A stretch of DNA of 64,000 bases from an uncultured Chloroflexia bacterium (GCA_963749705.1 CAVVNQ010000004.1:86454-150453); one strand, 5' to 3'. Numbered from the stretch's first letter, positions 1-11,587 are shown. Numbers and translations: made by a program. The notes: generated by a model not told the origin, from the sequence alone.

Positions 1-568
1 CGGCATCGATGTCCGGCAGATCCGGCTGGCGTCGCTCGGCCGGATCATCGGCTTCGTGACCCAGGAGACGTACCTGTTCCACGCCTCGATCCGGGACAAC
101 CTGCTGTACGCGAAGCCCGATGCGACGCAGGAGGAGCTCGAGGCGGCGGTCGCGGCGGCGGCCATCGGTGACCGGATCGCGGAGCTGGCCGACGGGTTCG
201 ACACGATCGTCGGCGAGCGCGGCTACAAGCTCTCGGGTGGTGAGAAGCAGCGGATCGCGATCGCCCGGGTGCTGCTCAAGGATCCCCGGATCCTGATCCT
301 CGACGAGGCGACGTCGTCGCTCGACACCGTGAGCGAGCGGCTGATCCAGGCCGCCCTGAGCCGGCTGACCGAGGGTCGTACCACGATCGCGATCGCGCAC
401 CGCCTGTCGACGATCCTGCGCGCCGATCGGATCCTGGTGTTCGACCACGGGCGGATCGTCGAGCGCGGCACGCACCGCGAGCTGATCGCGAAGGGCGGCC
501 TGTACTCGCGGCTGTACCACGAGCAGTTCGAGGCCGAGGCGGCGCAGCTGGCAATCCTCGGCGCCTGA
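1..568 (+). CDS. ABC transporter ATP-binding/permease protein (MsbA-like exporter), C-terminal fragment; the gene begins upstream of the window
   Basis: ABC signature [16 protein letters not shown] plus Walker [13 protein letters not shown] and H-loop; the reading frame is open from base 1. Confidence 0.8.
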   Translation, partial: GIDVRQIRLASLGRIIGFVTQETYLFHASIRDNLLYAKPDATQEELEAAVAAAAIGDRIAELADGFDTIVGERGYKLSGGEKQRIAIARVLLKDPRILILDEATSSLDTVSERLIQAALSRLTEGRTTIAIAHRLSTILRADRILVFDHGRIVERGTHRELIAKGGLYSRLYHEQFEAEAAQLAILGA

Positions 569-599
569 TCGACGACCGGCCGCCGACCGTCGGCCAACT

Positions 600-645
600 C
601 CAATTGCATGACTATGCAATGCTCCTGTATACTCATGCTGTGACG
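600..645. promoter_or_regulatory. Putative ArgR operator (ARG-box-like inverted repeat TTGCATgactATGCAA, followed by a weaker half-site) in the AT-rich island upstream of argC
   Basis: Perfect 6-bp inverted arms at 604-609 and 614-619 in a locally AT-rich stretch about 85 nt upstream of the argC GTG; argR is encoded in the same operon. Confidence 0.35.
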
Positions 646-704
646 ACCCTCCGCCCGATCTCCAGCCCCTCGAGCCTGCGGCCGGCGAGCCGCTGCGCGC
701 GCCG

Positions 705-1880
705 GTGAGCGCGGACTCGACGGGCGCGGCGATCGAGGCGGGCCGTCATTCCGAGGCCTCCCCTGCCCCGGACGCGGTGCCCGGCGCAGCGCCGACGGCG
801 GTCGCGCGCGGCACGCGTGCGCTGGGCGGCGATCCGCTCCGCGTCGCGATCGTGGGTGCGACGGGATACGTCGGCGCGGAGCTGATCCGCCTGCTCGCGC
901 TGCACCCGCACGCCCGGATCGTGGGACTCGTCGGGCGTGAGCGGAAGGGCGACCCCGTCGCGGGCATCCACCCCCATCTCGCGACGCAGGACCTGCGCGT
1001 GTTCGACACCGTGCCCGACGACGCCGAGGCGGTGTTCACCGCCCTGCCCCACGGCGCGGTGGCCGCACGCATCGACGAGCTCCTCGGACGCGAGCGGAGC
1101 GTGATCGACCTGGGCCCGGACTTCCGCCTCCGGGACCCCGCCGACTACCCGACCTGGTATCACCTCGAGCACCCCCGCCCCGACCTCCTCTCGGGCGCCG
1201 TCTACGGCCTGCCGGAGCTGCACCGCGCGGAGCTCGCCGCGTTGGGGACGACGCCCGGCGCGATCGTCGGTGCACCCGGCTGCTATGCGACGACCTCGAT
1301 CCTCGCACTCGCGCCGCTCGCCCGGGCGGGGCTGATCGGCGACCTCGTCGTGGACGCCAAGAGCGGCGTGTCCGGGGCCGGCCGGGACCCGAAGGCCGAC
1401 CTCCACTTCGGCGAGGTCAACGAGAGCGTCAGGGCATACGGCGTGTTCACGCATCGCCACATCGGCGAGATCGAGCAGGAGCTGGGCGCGCTGGGGCAGG
1501 ACACCACCTCGAACCCCGGCGTCCGCGGCATCGACTTCCTGCCTCACCTGATCCCGATGACCCGGGGGATCCTCTCCGCCTGCCACGTCCGGCCGACCCG
1601 CGCCGTGACGCAGGCCGAGCTCGACCAGCTGTATGCGGCCGCCTACGCCGGCGAGCCGTTCATCACCGTGACCGACACGCCGCCCGCGACCAAGCACGTC
1701 CTGGGCAGCAACGAGCTCCGCGTGTGGTGCCGGCTGGACGAGCGCAACGGGCGGATCCTCGCGATCGCCGTCCTCGACAACCTGGTGAAGGGAGCGGCCG
1801 GCCAGGCGATCCAGGCGTTCAACATCGTCCACGGCCTGCCCGAGACGGCCGGCCTCCTCCAGCTTCCCCTCGCGCCCTGA
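705..1880 (+). CDS. argC: N-acetyl-gamma-glutamyl-phosphate reductase
   Basis: VAIVGATGYVGAELIRLL NAD-binding N-terminus and GCYATTSILALAPL active-site Cys motif; the start is ambiguous (GTG at 705, or an internal GTG at 777). Confidence 0.88.
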   Translation: MSADSTGAAIEAGRHSEASPAPDAVPGAAPTAVARGTRALGGDPLRVAIVGATGYVGAELIRLLALHPHARIVGLVGRERKGDPVAGIHPHLATQDLRVFDTVPDDAEAVFTALPHGAVAARIDELLGRERSVIDLGPDFRLRDPADYPTWYHLEHPRPDLLSGAVYGLPELHRAELAALGTTPGAIVGAPGCYATTSILALAPLARAGLIGDLVVDAKSGVSGAGRDPKADLHFGEVNESVRAYGVFTHRHIGEIEQELGALGQDTTSNPGVRGIDFLPHLIPMTRGILSACHVRPTRAVTQAELDQLYAAAYAGEPFITVTDTPPATKHVLGSNELRVWCRLDERNGRILAIAVLDNLVKGAAGQAIQAFNIVHGLPETAGLLQLPLAP

Positions 1881-1908
1881 CGGCGCCCTTAAACGCTCCG
1901 AGGTTCCC

Positions 1909-3291
1909 TTGATGTCCATCGCGACCGACCCGCTGCTCGCGCCGCTCCCCGCGGACCGTCCGCCGGTCGACCGCGCCGCGCGCATCCCCGCCGGGTTCGT
2001 CGCCGCCGGGACCCGCGCGGGCATCAAGTTCTCCGGACGCCACGACTTCGCGCTGATCGTCGCGGAGGATGGCGCTGTGCCGGCGGCCGCGGTGTTCACC
2101 CCCAACCGGGTCGCCGCGGCGCCGGTCCGCCTGTCGCGGGCGAACCTGCGGGCGACCGGCGGCACGGATGCCGCTGCCGGCCTCGCGCGCGCGGTGATCG
2201 GGACCTCGGGCAGCGCGAACTGCGCCACCGGGCCCGACGGCGACGCCGACCAGGTCGCGATCGGCGAGGCGGTCGCCGCGGCCCTGGGTTCGCCGACCAC
2301 GGAGATCCTCCACGTCTCGACCGGGATCATCGGGATCCGGCTGCCCGTCGACCGGGTGACCGCGGAGATCGCGCGGGTGACCGGCGGAGGGCTGGCCGCG
2401 ACCGATGACGCGCTCACGAATGCGGCGCTGGCGCTGCGAACCACCGACACGACGACCAAGACGGCGTCGACGACCGTGCTGCTGCCGGGTACGGGGGGCG
2501 CGGCGGCCGTCAGCGTCACCGTCACCGGGATCGCCAAGGGTGTCGGGATGATCCACCCGCGCATGGCGACGATGCTGTCGGTGGTCCTGACCGACGCGCC
2601 CGCGGACCCCGCGACGCTGCACGCGCTGCTCCGGGGCGCCGCAGCGACGACCTGGGACCAGCTGTCCGTCGACGGCGACACGAGCACCAACGACACGGTG
2701 TTCGTGCTGGCATCCGGACGCGCCGCCGCGGTCCCCGCCGGCGATGACGATGGCGCCCGGCGCGCGCTCGCGGCCGGGATCGAGGCCGTCGCACGGGACC
2801 TGGCCCGACAGCAGGCGGCGGACGGCGAGGGCGCCACGGCGCTGATCACCTGCCAGGTCTCGGGCGCCGCCGACGATGCCGACGCGCGGGCGGTTGCGCG
2901 AGCGGTGATCTCGTCGTCGCTGGTCAAGGCCGCGGTCCATGGCCGCGACCCCAACTGGGGCCGTCTCGCGGGCGCCGCCGGCAACGCGACGCTGGCCGAT
3001 GCGGCGATCCTCGAGGCGTCGGGCATGCCCCGCGCGGACGCGGCCGCCCGGGCAGGATCCCCCGCCGCCGTCGATCCCGCCCGGTTGCGGATCGCGATCG
3101 CCGGCCACCTCGTGTACGACGGCCCGCGCGGCGGCCCCGTCCCGATCGACAAGGTCGCGGCGCGTGAGGCGATGGGCGGCGACGAGGTCCTGCTCCGGCT
3201 CGATCTGGGGCTGGGCGGCGGCACCGGCGAGGCCTTTGGATGTGACCTGACCGAAGCGTACGTGCGCGAGAACTCGGAGTACACGACATGA
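1909..3291 (+). CDS. argJ: Bifunctional glutamate N-acetyltransferase / amino-acid acetyltransferase
   Basis: ArgJ family motifs IPAGFVAAGTRAGIK and the autoproteolytic ATMLSVVLTDA site. Confidence 0.9.
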   Translation: MMSIATDPLLAPLPADRPPVDRAARIPAGFVAAGTRAGIKFSGRHDFALIVAEDGAVPAAAVFTPNRVAAAPVRLSRANLRATGGTDAAAGLARAVIGTSGSANCATGPDGDADQVAIGEAVAAALGSPTTEILHVSTGIIGIRLPVDRVTAEIARVTGGGLAATDDALTNAALALRTTDTTTKTASTTVLLPGTGGAAAVSVTVTGIAKGVGMIHPRMATMLSVVLTDAPADPATLHALLRGAAATTWDQLSVDGDTSTNDTVFVLASGRAAAVPAGDDDGARRALAAGIEAVARDLARQQAADGEGATALITCQVSGAADDADARAVARAVISSSLVKAAVHGRDPNWGRLAGAAGNATLADAAILEASGMPRADAAARAGSPAAVDPARLRIAIAGHLVYDGPRGGPVPIDKVAAREAMGGDEVLLRLDLGLGGGTGEAFGCDLTEAYVRENSEYTT

Positions 3292-4070
3292 GCGAGATCG
3301 TCGTCGTCAAGCTCGGCGGGACGACCCTCAGCGAGCAGCGCCAGGTGCTGGCCGAGGTGGCCACGATCGCGCGCAAGCGGCCGGTCGTGCTGGTGCACGG
3401 CGGTGGCAAGCGCATGACCGAGTGGCTGGAGCGGCTGGGCGTGCCGTCGCGGTTCGAGGGCGGGCTGCGGGTCACCGATCCCGCCGCCCTCGAGGTCGCC
3501 GCGGCGGTCCTCCGCGGGGTCGTCAACAGCGAGCTGGTGGCCGCGCTCCACGACGTGGGCTGCGATGCCGTGGGGCTGTCCGGCGTGGACGGCGGGCTGC
3601 TCATCGGGCAGCGGGTGCCCGAGATCGGCCTGGTCGCGACCGTCGTCGGCGTGCGCCGCGACCTGCTCGACTCGCTGCTCGTCGCCGGCCAGGTGCCGGT
3701 CGTCGCGCCGCTTGCGCGCGACGAGGAGGGCATCGTGTGCAACGTCAACGCGGACGATGCAGCCGCGGGCATCGCCGCCGGGCTCGGCGCTCGCCAGCTG
3801 GTCCTGATGACGGACGTCGATGGCGTGCGCAACGCCGCCGGCGAGCGACTCACCTCGATCTCGATCGAGGAGGCCGAGGCGCTGATCGCCGATGGAACGA
3901 TCAGCGGCGGCATGGTGCCCAAGGTCAAGGCCGCGCTGGCGGCGCTGACCTGGGAGGGTGCCGAGGCGGTCATCGTGGATGCCGCCGCACCCGCTGCGCT
4001 CGCCCGCGCCCTGACCGATCCGACCTTCGGCACCCGCGTGTCGGCGCACGCCCACGCCGGCGCGGCCTGA
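3288..4070 (+). CDS. argB: Acetylglutamate kinase
   Basis: VVKLGGTTL and VLVHGGG amino-acid-kinase motifs; ATGA overlap with the argJ stop. Confidence 0.9.
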   Translation: MSEIVVVKLGGTTLSEQRQVLAEVATIARKRPVVLVHGGGKRMTEWLERLGVPSRFEGGLRVTDPAALEVAAAVLRGVVNSELVAALHDVGCDAVGLSGVDGGLLIGQRVPEIGLVATVVGVRRDLLDSLLVAGQVPVVAPLARDEEGIVCNVNADDAAAGIAAGLGARQLVLMTDVDGVRNAAGERLTSISIEEAEALIADGTISGGMVPKVKAALAALTWEGAEAVIVDAAAPAALARALTDPTFGTRVSAHAHAGAA

Positions 4071-4074
4071 GCCG

Positions 4075-4578
4075 ATGCTCGCCAAGCGGGATCGCCACGC
4101 CGCCATCCGCCGCCTCGTGGCGAGCCGTCCCATCGGCAGCCAGGGCGAGCTCGTCGCCGCGCTCTCCGCGCTCGGGTTCGAGGTCACCCAGGCGACGGTC
4201 AGCCGCGACATCGCGGAGCTCGGCCTGGCCAAGGTCATGCGCGGCGACCACGCCGCCTACGTCAACCCCGAGGATCTCGCGCCCGCGCAGCGTCCGCCGT
4301 CCGACGAGCGGCTGCGCCGGATCCTGGGCGACATCCCGGTCACCGTCGGGCGCAGCGGCCTGATCCTCGTCCTCACGGGCCAGCCCGGCACCGCCAACGT
4401 CATTGCCCAGGCGATCGACGAATCCACCCTCGCCGAGCAGGTCGGTACCGTCGCCGGGGACAACACGCTCATCGTCCTGTTCCCCGACGAGCCCGCCCTG
4501 GAGCGCTGGCTCGATCGGTTCCAAGCGATCCAGGCGCCGGTGGAGCCGGCGATCCCCACGGAGGCCATGTCCCGATGA
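4075..4578 (+). CDS. argR: Arginine repressor
   Basis: N-terminal winged-helix GELVAALSALGFEVTQATVSRDIAELGL and a C-terminal oligomerisation/arginine-binding domain. Confidence 0.85.
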   Translation: MLAKRDRHAAIRRLVASRPIGSQGELVAALSALGFEVTQATVSRDIAELGLAKVMRGDHAAYVNPEDLAPAQRPPSDERLRRILGDIPVTVGRSGLILVLTGQPGTANVIAQAIDESTLAEQVGTVAGDNTLIVLFPDEPALERWLDRFQAIQAPVEPAIPTEAMSR

Positions 4579-5870
4579 ACAAGGTCGTGCTTGCCTATTC
4601 CGGAGGCCTCGATACCTCCGTCGCCGTCGCCTGGCTCAAGGAACAGTACGGCGTCGAGGTGATCACCCTGACCGTCGACCTCGGTGGAGGCTCGATGCGC
4701 GAAGGGGTAGAGCGGCGCGCGATCAAGGCCGGCGCGTCGAAGGCGTACGTCGTCGACGCCCGCGAGACGTTCATCCAGCAGTACGCGTGGCGCGCGCTCC
4801 AGTCCGGGGCCGTCTACCAGGGCGCCTATCCCCTGGCGACCGCGCTCGCACGACCCCTGCTCGCGCAGCTCCTGGTCGAGGTTGCCCAGAAAGAGGGTGC
4901 CGACGCCGTCGCCCACGGGTGCACCGGCAAGGGCAACGACCAGGTTCGCTTCGACATCGCGGTCCACGCGCTCGACCCCGGGCTCGAGGTGATCGCGCCG
5001 ATGCGGGTGGGCATGGGCCTGTCGCGCGACCAGGAGATCGACTACGCGATCGAGCGCGGCATCGAGATCCCGATCACCAAGGCGTCTCCGTACTCGATCG
5101 ACGTCAACCTGTGGGGGCGCTCGTGCGAGACGGGCGTGCTCGAGGACCCGTGGGTGACCCCGCCGCCCGATGCGTACGAGTGGACCGTCGCGCCGGGCGA
5201 TGCGCCCGACCCGGTCGATCTCGTGATCGGGTTCGAGGGCGGAATCCCGGTGTCGATCGACGGCCAGCCAATGGGCTCGGTGGAGCTGGTCCAGCGGCTC
5301 CACGACGTCGGCGGCGCCCATGGCGTGGGCCGGATCGATCACGTCGAGGATCGCCTGGTGGGGATCAAGAGCCGCGAGATCTACGAGGCCCCGGCGGCCG
5401 TGATCCTGCACACGGCCCATCACGCGCTCGAAGGGCTCGTGCTGTCCAAGGAGCAGCTGCGGTTCAACCGCCTCGTCGCCGACGAGCTGTCGCAGATCAT
5501 CTACGACGGGCTGTGGTTCAGCGCCCTGTCGCGCGACCTCCGGACCTACGCGCTGTCCTCGCAACGGGTGGTCTCGGGTGACGTGCGGATGCGGCTGGAC
5601 CACGGGCGGGCGATCGTCGTCGGCCGGCGCTCCCCGCTCAGCCTGTACGACAAGAACCTCGCCACCTACGACGAGGGCGACGCCTTCGACCACGCGTCCG
5701 CGGTCGGGTTCATCGAGATCTTCGGGCTGCCGCTGCGGGTCGAGGCCGCGCGCCACGGCGCCGTGGGCAAGCACCACGGCGCGGCGTGGACGTGGACCGA
5801 GCCGTTGCTCGAGGGCCTGCCGACCAGCGTCACGGGCGACGCCGTGGCCGGCGAGACCGGCGGCCGCTGA
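4575..5870 (+). CDS. argG: Argininosuccinate synthase
   Basis: PP-loop AYSGGLDTS; strong overall ArgG similarity; ATGA overlap with argR. Confidence 0.9.
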   Translation: MNKVVLAYSGGLDTSVAVAWLKEQYGVEVITLTVDLGGGSMREGVERRAIKAGASKAYVVDARETFIQQYAWRALQSGAVYQGAYPLATALARPLLAQLLVEVAQKEGADAVAHGCTGKGNDQVRFDIAVHALDPGLEVIAPMRVGMGLSRDQEIDYAIERGIEIPITKASPYSIDVNLWGRSCETGVLEDPWVTPPPDAYEWTVAPGDAPDPVDLVIGFEGGIPVSIDGQPMGSVELVQRLHDVGGAHGVGRIDHVEDRLVGIKSREIYEAPAAVILHTAHHALEGLVLSKEQLRFNRLVADELSQIIYDGLWFSALSRDLRTYALSSQRVVSGDVRMRLDHGRAIVVGRRSPLSLYDKNLATYDEGDAFDHASAVGFIEIFGLPLRVEAARHGAVGKHHGAAWTWTEPLLEGLPTSVTGDAVAGETGGR

Positions 5871-5949
5871 CCCCGTCGCCGGGGGCCGCTCCCGCGCGCC
5901 CGCGCCCGGCGGGCCATCCGGTGCGCCCGACGCCGGGTAGGCTGTCGCG

Positions 5950-7236
5950 GTGACCACCACGTCGGAATCGGGCACCGGCCGCGCCATGGGACGGCGCCGC
6001 CGTGCATCCGCGGGCACGGCCGCCGCGCCGCGCGTCGACCAGCTGGCGTTCCTCCACGAGTTCGCGCAGCTCGCCACGCAGGCTCGCGACTGGGACGAGC
6101 TGATGCGAACGCTGGTCGACCGGACGACGGTGGCCCTGGGCGTCGAGGTCTGCTCGTTCTACCTGCTCGACCGCGATGGGCGGCGGCTGACGCTCGCGGC
6201 GACCAACGGGCTCGACGTGGCCAAGGTCGGCCAGGTCACGCTGCGGCTGGGCGAGGGCATCACCGGCCGTGCCGCCGAGACGCGATTGCCGGTCACGTCG
6301 CGCGACGTGACCGCCGATCCGCGATTCAGCTGGGTGCGCGGCTTCGACAACGTCCAGCTGCACGGGATGCTGTCCGTCCCGCTGATCTGGAACGAGGCGG
6401 TGGTCGGGGTGCTCAACGTCCAGACCGCGGGCATCCGGGCGTTCACGCCCGACGAGGTCGAGTTCCTGTCGACGATCGCGGCCCTGCTGGCCGGCATCGT
6501 GGAGAAGGGCCGCCTGCAGGCCGAGGCGGAGGCGCAGCTCGACCGGCTGTCGCAGCTGGACGCGGCCCGGGCGGAGCTGCTCGCGGTCGTGACCCACGAG
6601 CTGCGCACGCCGCTGGCGGTGGTCCGCGCGTACGTCGACCTGCTTGCCGACGAGGCCACCGATGGCGAGGGCGGCAACCGGAACCTCGTCGAGACCTGGC
6701 GCGAGAGCGCCATCGACCAGGTCACGAGACTCGACCGGCTGGTGGACTCGATCCTCGCGTCGGTGCGCGGCGAGGGGCTGACCGGCCTGCTCCGCGACCC
6801 GTTCGACGTGGTCACGGCGATCGGCGCCACCGTGGGCAACCTGGCGCTGCTGCTCCGTACCCGCGCCGTCCGCTGGGACCCGCCCACCCACCCGGTCGTC
6901 GCCCGGGGCGACGAGGCCCGCTTCCGCCAGGTGCTCGAGCAGATCCTCGACAACGAGGCGAAGTACGCGCCGCCGGAGGTCGCGGTCTCGATCGGCGTGT
7001 GGCGCCACGACGACGAGGTGCAGGTCTACATCACCGACGATGGGCCGGGCGTCCCGATCAACGACTGGGAGGCCGTGTTCCAGCCGTACGTGCGCGTCGA
7101 TCGCCTGCGCGCGCGCGGATCGGGCATCGGGCTGTTCGCCGCCCGACGGCTGATGGAGGCGATGGGCGGCCGGGTCTGGATCGAGAAGAACGGCTACGGC
7201 GGGTCGCGGTTCGTGGTGTCGCTGCCCATCGCCTGA
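5950..7236 (+). CDS. GAF-domain sensor histidine kinase (orphan; no adjacent response regulator)
   Basis: N-terminal GAF-like region, H-box HELRTPL, and a C-terminal HATPase region with DDGPGVP and GSGIGL. Confidence 0.75.
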   Translation: MTTTSESGTGRAMGRRRRASAGTAAAPRVDQLAFLHEFAQLATQARDWDELMRTLVDRTTVALGVEVCSFYLLDRDGRRLTLAATNGLDVAKVGQVTLRLGEGITGRAAETRLPVTSRDVTADPRFSWVRGFDNVQLHGMLSVPLIWNEAVVGVLNVQTAGIRAFTPDEVEFLSTIAALLAGIVEKGRLQAEAEAQLDRLSQLDAARAELLAVVTHELRTPLAVVRAYVDLLADEATDGEGGNRNLVETWRESAIDQVTRLDRLVDSILASVRGEGLTGLLRDPFDVVTAIGATVGNLALLLRTRAVRWDPPTHPVVARGDEARFRQVLEQILDNEAKYAPPEVAVSIGVWRHDDEVQVYITDDGPGVPINDWEAVFQPYVRVDRLRARGSGIGLFAARRLMEAMGGRVWIEKNGYGGSRFVVSLPIA

Positions 7237-7272
7237 CGCGACCGACGCACTGCCGCCGGCCGCCGGATCGCC

Positions 7273-8383
7273 CTACCCGAGCGAGGTCACCACCAGCGAC
7301 TCGCGGGCGCGCAGGTGCGCGTAGCGCGGCTTGACGACCTCGCTGATCAGGCGCAGCCGCTCGTCGAACGCGACGAACGCGGACTTGAGCGCGTTGATCG
7401 TGAGCCATTCCATCTCGCCCAGCCCGATCCCGAACGCGGCGTCCAGCGCCTGAAACTCGGACGACAGCGAGACCCCGCTCATCAGCCGGTTGTCGGTGTT
7501 GACCGTCACCCGGAACCGGAGCCGGCGGAGCAGATCGAACGGGTGCTCCTCGATCGACGCCGCCGCGCCCGTGTGCACGTTCGAGGTCGGGCACATCTCG
7601 AGGGGCACGCGGCGGTCGCGGGCAAATGCCGCCAGCCGGCCCATCGAGACCGTCCCGTCCTCGTGGACGGTGATGTCGTCGACCATGCGGACGCCGTGCC
7701 CCAGTCGCTCGGCGCCGCACAGCTGGAGCGCCTCCCAGATCGACGGCAGCCCGAACGATTCACCGGCATGGATCGTGATGTGGAAGTTCTCGCGCCGGAC
7801 GTGCTCGAACGCGTCGAGGTGGCGCGTGGGCCGGTAGCCGGCCTCGGGCCCGGCGATGTCGAAGCCGACCACACCGGCATCGCGCCACCTCACCGCCAGC
7901 TCCGCGATCTCCATCGACCGCGCCGCCTGGCGCATGGCCGTGATCAGCGCGCGGACCACGATCGGCCGCCCGGCGGCCTCCGCGTTCGCCATGCCGACCC
8001 GGAAGCCCTCGAGGTTGGCCTCGACGACCTCGTCCAGGGTCAGGCCCTTCTCGACCGACAGCTCTGGCGCGTACCGGATCTCCGCATACACGACGCCGTC
8101 CGCGGCCAGGTCCTCGACGCACTCGGCGGACACGCGGACGATGGCATCGCGATCCTGGAGCACGCCGATCGTGTGCTGGAAGGTCTCGAGGTACAGCTCC
8201 AGCGACTTGCGGTCGGCGCCGCGGCGGAACCACGCCCCCAGCGCCTCCACGTCCTGCGTCGGCAGGTCGCGGTAGCCGTACTCGCGGGCGAGATCCACGA
8301 TCGTCGCGGGGCGAAGACCGCCGTCGAGGTGGTCGTGGAGCAGCGCCTTGGGCGCCTCGCGGATGGTGTCGAGCGTGAGCATG
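7273..8383 (-). CDS. add: Adenosine deaminase
   Basis: HDHLDGG metal-binding N-terminus and HAGE motif. The start is set at the ATG giving [22 protein letters not shown]; the longer ORF to 8565 adds an unconserved 61-aa extension. Confidence 0.85.
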
Positions 8384-8489
8384 GCGGCCTCCGGACGTTC
8401 GAGCGATCGTAGCGCGGCCGCAGGCAACCGGTAGGGCCGACGGAACCGGGTCCGGCGGCCGGACGGACGCCGGTGCGAGTCGGCACCGC

Positions 8490-8536
8490 CATCGGCCGCG
8501 AGCCGGGGACATCGGTCATTTGCCCGATGCGTCATC
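8490..8536. promoter_or_regulatory. Cluster of CATCGG / CCGATG half-sites (inverted-repeat candidate operator) upstream of LAL regulator 1
   Basis: CATCGG at 8490 and 8510, CCGATG at 8524, CATC at 8533; the same half-site forms an inverted repeat upstream of the second LAL gene (12295-12314). Confidence 0.3.
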
Positions 8537-8563
8537 TGGCTCCGGTCGTACACTCTGCAAACC

Positions 8564-11494
8564 ATGAGCCAGGTGCGTCCCCTGCTGAGCCCGATCCTGG
8601 TCGGTCGCGACGACCTGCTTGAGCTTGCGGAGCGCCGGCTCGCGGAGGCAGCCGATGGCCATGGTCAGCTGCTGCTCCTGGCCGGCGAGGCGGGCATCGG
8701 CAAGACCCGGTTGCTGGCGGCCATCCTGCGCAAGGCGGGCGGCGCGGGCTTCCGGATCTCGAAGGGCGATCTCGCCCCGCAGGACCGGCAGGTACCGCTG
8801 GCATCGATCCTCGACCTCGCCCGGACCATGCGCCGGCTGCCCGAGTTCGGCACGCTCGGCGACGACCTGCTGGAGATCCGCGGCGGGCAGGGCGGCGACA
8901 ACCTCGGCTCGCGGCGGCTGCTCGTCCGCGACATCGCCGAACGGATCATCACATCCGTCGAGGCGCCCACCGTCCTGGTGTTCGATGACCTCCAGTGGGC
9001 CGACGAGATCAGCCTCGAGGTGATCGGCGAGCTGGCGCGCATGGGCCGCGGCATGCCGCTCCTGCTCGTGGGCGCGTACCGTGCCGACGAGCTCCCGGCT
9101 GGTTCGTATCACCGTGAGTGGCGCGCCCGCCTGCTCAGCCAGCGACTGGCCGAGGAGGCACGGCTGAGCCCAATGACCTACGAACAGACGGCGCTGGTCA
9201 CGACGCTCATCCTGGGCACCGGCCTGCCGGCGCCCCGCGAGGTGGTCAAGGCGGTGTTCGAGCGGACGGACGGGATCCCGCTCCACATCGAGGAGCTCCT
9301 CGGCGCGCTCAGCGACGACGCCCGCCAGGATGGCCGTGCCATCCGCGAGGCCGTGGTCCCGGACACGATCGAGGACGCGATCCTCGCCCGCGCCGGACGA
9401 CTGTCGCCGGCGGCGCGCGAGGTCGCGCGGGCCGGCGCCGTGATCGGGCGCTGCTTCGTCCCGGAGGTCCTGGCGGGCGTCCTGGACCGGCCGCTGCATG
9501 AGCTCGACGCGCCCCTCGCCGAGCTCGTCGCCAGCTCGTTCCTGTATCCCTTCGACTTCCTCGACCGTGGCTATTACGACTTCCGCCACCAGCTGCTGCG
9601 CGACGCCCTGTACGAGAGCGTGCCGGCCGCCGACCTGCGACGGATGCACGCGCGGGCCGGGGAGTTCGGCGCGCAGCTTGCGGGCGCCTCGGAGGTCCAT
9701 GCATCCGTCCACTTCGAGCGAGCCGGCCTCAGGGCGCAGGCGTTCCGCGCCGCCCTCGCCGGCGCGCGCGCGGCCGGAGCGATGACGAGCCGGCGCGAGT
9801 CATTCGAGCTGTACGCCAGGGCCGCGGCGAACATCCCCGAGGATCTCCCGGCCCTCGAGCGCGCCGAGCTGTACGACGGCTACTTCGAGGCGGCCGCCGC
9901 GGTTGATGACGTCGCTGTGATGGTCGAGGCCGCCAGGCTGGCGCGCCGCTGGTATGTCGAGGCCGGCCTGCCGGCCGGCGCGGCGGCTGCGCTGCTCAAC
10001 GAGGCGGGCGTCGCGCGCCGGGACGTCCGGCCCGCGTCGGATCGCCTGCGACTGCTCGACCAGGCCGAATCGGAGCTCCGCGAGCTGCCGGAATCGGCCG
10101 AGCGGGCGTCGCTCATGTCCGACCTCCGCCTGTTCCAGGCCCTCGTCAGCCTTGACCGGGTCCAGCTCGACGAGGCCGCCTCGTTGATCGATGAGGCGCG
10201 ATCGCTGTGGCTCGCGTCGGGGAACACCGACACGCGCGGCATCGACTTCATCGCCGCGAGCGTGGACGTGCTGGCGGGGCAGGTCGACACCGGGCTCGCG
10301 ACCATGCTCCGGATCGCGCGCGAGGCGCGCGACCTGCGCATGGAGAGCACCGGTGTGACGGCGTACCGGTGGGCGGCCGCCGTCGCGATCCGGGTGATGG
10401 ACTATCCGAGCGCGGAGGTCGGGCTTCGGGAGGGCCTGCGCTACGCGGACGAGATCGAGCAGTCGTACTGTCGCCACGTGCTCGCGGCCACGTCGGCGCA
10501 CGTTGCCTGGGCGCAGGGGCGATGGGACGATACGATCCCGGCCGCCGAGATCGAGATCGTCGAACCCGGCAGCCGCCGCGGCACGCTGGGCTCGCGTGAC
10601 GCGCTCGGCTTCGTCGCGTTCGGTCGGGGGCAGGTGGATCGCGCCCGCGGCCTGTTCAACGCCTCGCTCGAGATCGGGCGCGCGACCGGCGAGGTCGAGC
10701 TGATCATGCCCGCGCTGTGGGGCATGGCCGAGACGGCGCTGGTGTCGGGCGAGCCGCAGGTCGCCATCGAGCGCTGCAGCGAGGCGCTGGAGCTGGCCGC
10801 CGCGACCGGCGAGCGGGCGCTGCTGATCCCGTTCCTGGTCACCGGCGTGCGAGCGCACCTCGCCGCTCGCCGACCCGAGGCCGCCGAGCGCTGGTCCGAC
10901 CAGGTGCGGCCGATGCTCGCCGGATGGGGGCGGCGCGCGCAACCCGCCATCGACAACGCTGAGGGGTTGATCCGCCTTGCGGCGGGATCGACCGTGGCCG
11001 CCCGCACCGCGCTCGAGGCCGCGGTCGACGGCTGGGACGCCCTGGCCCGGATCTGGGAAGCGACGTGGGCCCGCCTCGACCTCGCTGCCTGCCTCCTGCG
11101 GGCCAACCGCCAGGCGGAGGCGATCCCGCTCATGCGCGACATCAAGGCGCTCGCCGAGCGCCTTGACAGCCCGCCGCTGCTCGCCCGGGCCGCGGAGCTG
11201 ACCGACATCGCGCGCGGACGCGGCGGGGAGGAGGAACCGTGGCGGCCGCTGACGGCCCGGGAGTACGAGATCGCCCGGAGCGTCGCTGATGGCCTCACCA
11301 ATGGCGAGATCGCGGGCCGGCTGGGCCTGTCGCCCAAGACCGTCAGCGCCCACGTCGAGCACATCCTGACCAAGCTCGGTGCCAGCCGGCGCTCCGAGAT
11401 CGCCGCGTGGACCGTCGCGATCCGACCGGCGGCTGCCAGCGCCGCGGCACCGGCCACGTCGGTGACCGCGGCGGCAATCGGCGCCCGTCGCTGA
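8564..11494 (+). CDS. LuxR-family large ATP-binding transcriptional regulator (LAL/MalT-like), paralogue 1
   Basis: N-terminal Walker [15 protein letters not shown], long helical middle region, and a C-terminal Lux[48 protein letters not shown]. Confidence 0.8.
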   Translation: MSQVRPLLSPILVGRDDLLELAERRLAEAADGHGQLLLLAGEAGIGKTRLLAAILRKAGGAGFRISKGDLAPQDRQVPLASILDLARTMRRLPEFGTLGDDLLEIRGGQGGDNLGSRRLLVRDIAERIITSVEAPTVLVFDDLQWADEISLEVIGELARMGRGMPLLLVGAYRADELPAGSYHREWRARLLSQRLAEEARLSPMTYEQTALVTTLILGTGLPAPREVVKAVFERTDGIPLHIEELLGALSDDARQDGRAIREAVVPDTIEDAILARAGRLSPAAREVARAGAVIGRCFVPEVLAGVLDRPLHELDAPLAELVASSFLYPFDFLDRGYYDFRHQLLRDALYESVPAADLRRMHARAGEFGAQLAGASEVHASVHFERAGLRAQAFRAALAGARAAGAMTSRRESFELYARAAANIPEDLPALERAELYDGYFEAAAAVDDVAVMVEAARLARRWYVEAGLPAGAAAALLNEAGVARRDVRPASDRLRLLDQAESELRELPESAERASLMSDLRLFQALVSLDRVQLDEAASLIDEARSLWLASGNTDTRGIDFIAASVDVLAGQVDTGLATMLRIAREARDLRMESTGVTAYRWAAAVAIRVMDYPSAEVGLREGLRYADEIEQSYCRHVLAATSAHVAWAQGRWDDTIPAAEIEIVEPGSRRGTLGSRDALGFVAFGRGQVDRARGLFNASLEIGRATGEVELIMPALWGMAETALVSGEPQVAIERCSEALELAAATGERALLIPFLVTGVRAHLAARRPEAAERWSDQVRPMLAGWGRRAQPAIDNAEGLIRLAAGSTVAARTALEAAVDGWDALARIWEATWARLDLAACLLRANRQAEAIPLMRDIKALAERLDSPPLLARAAELTDIARGRGGEEEPWRPLTAREYEIARSVADGLTNGEIAGRLGLSPKTVSAHVEHILTKLGASRRSEIAAWTVAIRPAAASAAAPATSVTAAAIGARR

Positions 11495-11531
11495 CTCTCT
11501 GTCCGGCGGCAGGATCCCGCGGGCATGGAAC

Positions 11532-11566
11532 GGCCCCGGTCGCCCGCGACGGGAACGACCGGGGCC
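11532..11566. terminator. Hairpin between the convergent LAL-1 and small secreted protein genes (candidate bidirectional terminator)
   Basis: 11-bp perfect inverted repeat GGCCCCGGTCG ... CGACCGGGGCC with additional pairing inside the loop. Confidence 0.4.
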
Positions 11567-11587
11567 GGGGTGCCGGCGAAGTTGCGA

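Noticed and set aside
633-4238. 1201-aa minus-strand ORF spanning argC, argJ and argB
   Set aside because: It runs antisense to four well-supported arginine genes and has a low-complexity Arg/Ala/Gly composition. It is a typical stop-codon-poor artefact of about 72% GC DNA.
7273-8565. Longer 430-aa version of adenosine deaminase
   Set aside because: The extra 61 N-terminal residues are Arg/Pro-rich and unconserved. The internal ATG gives the canonical N-terminus.
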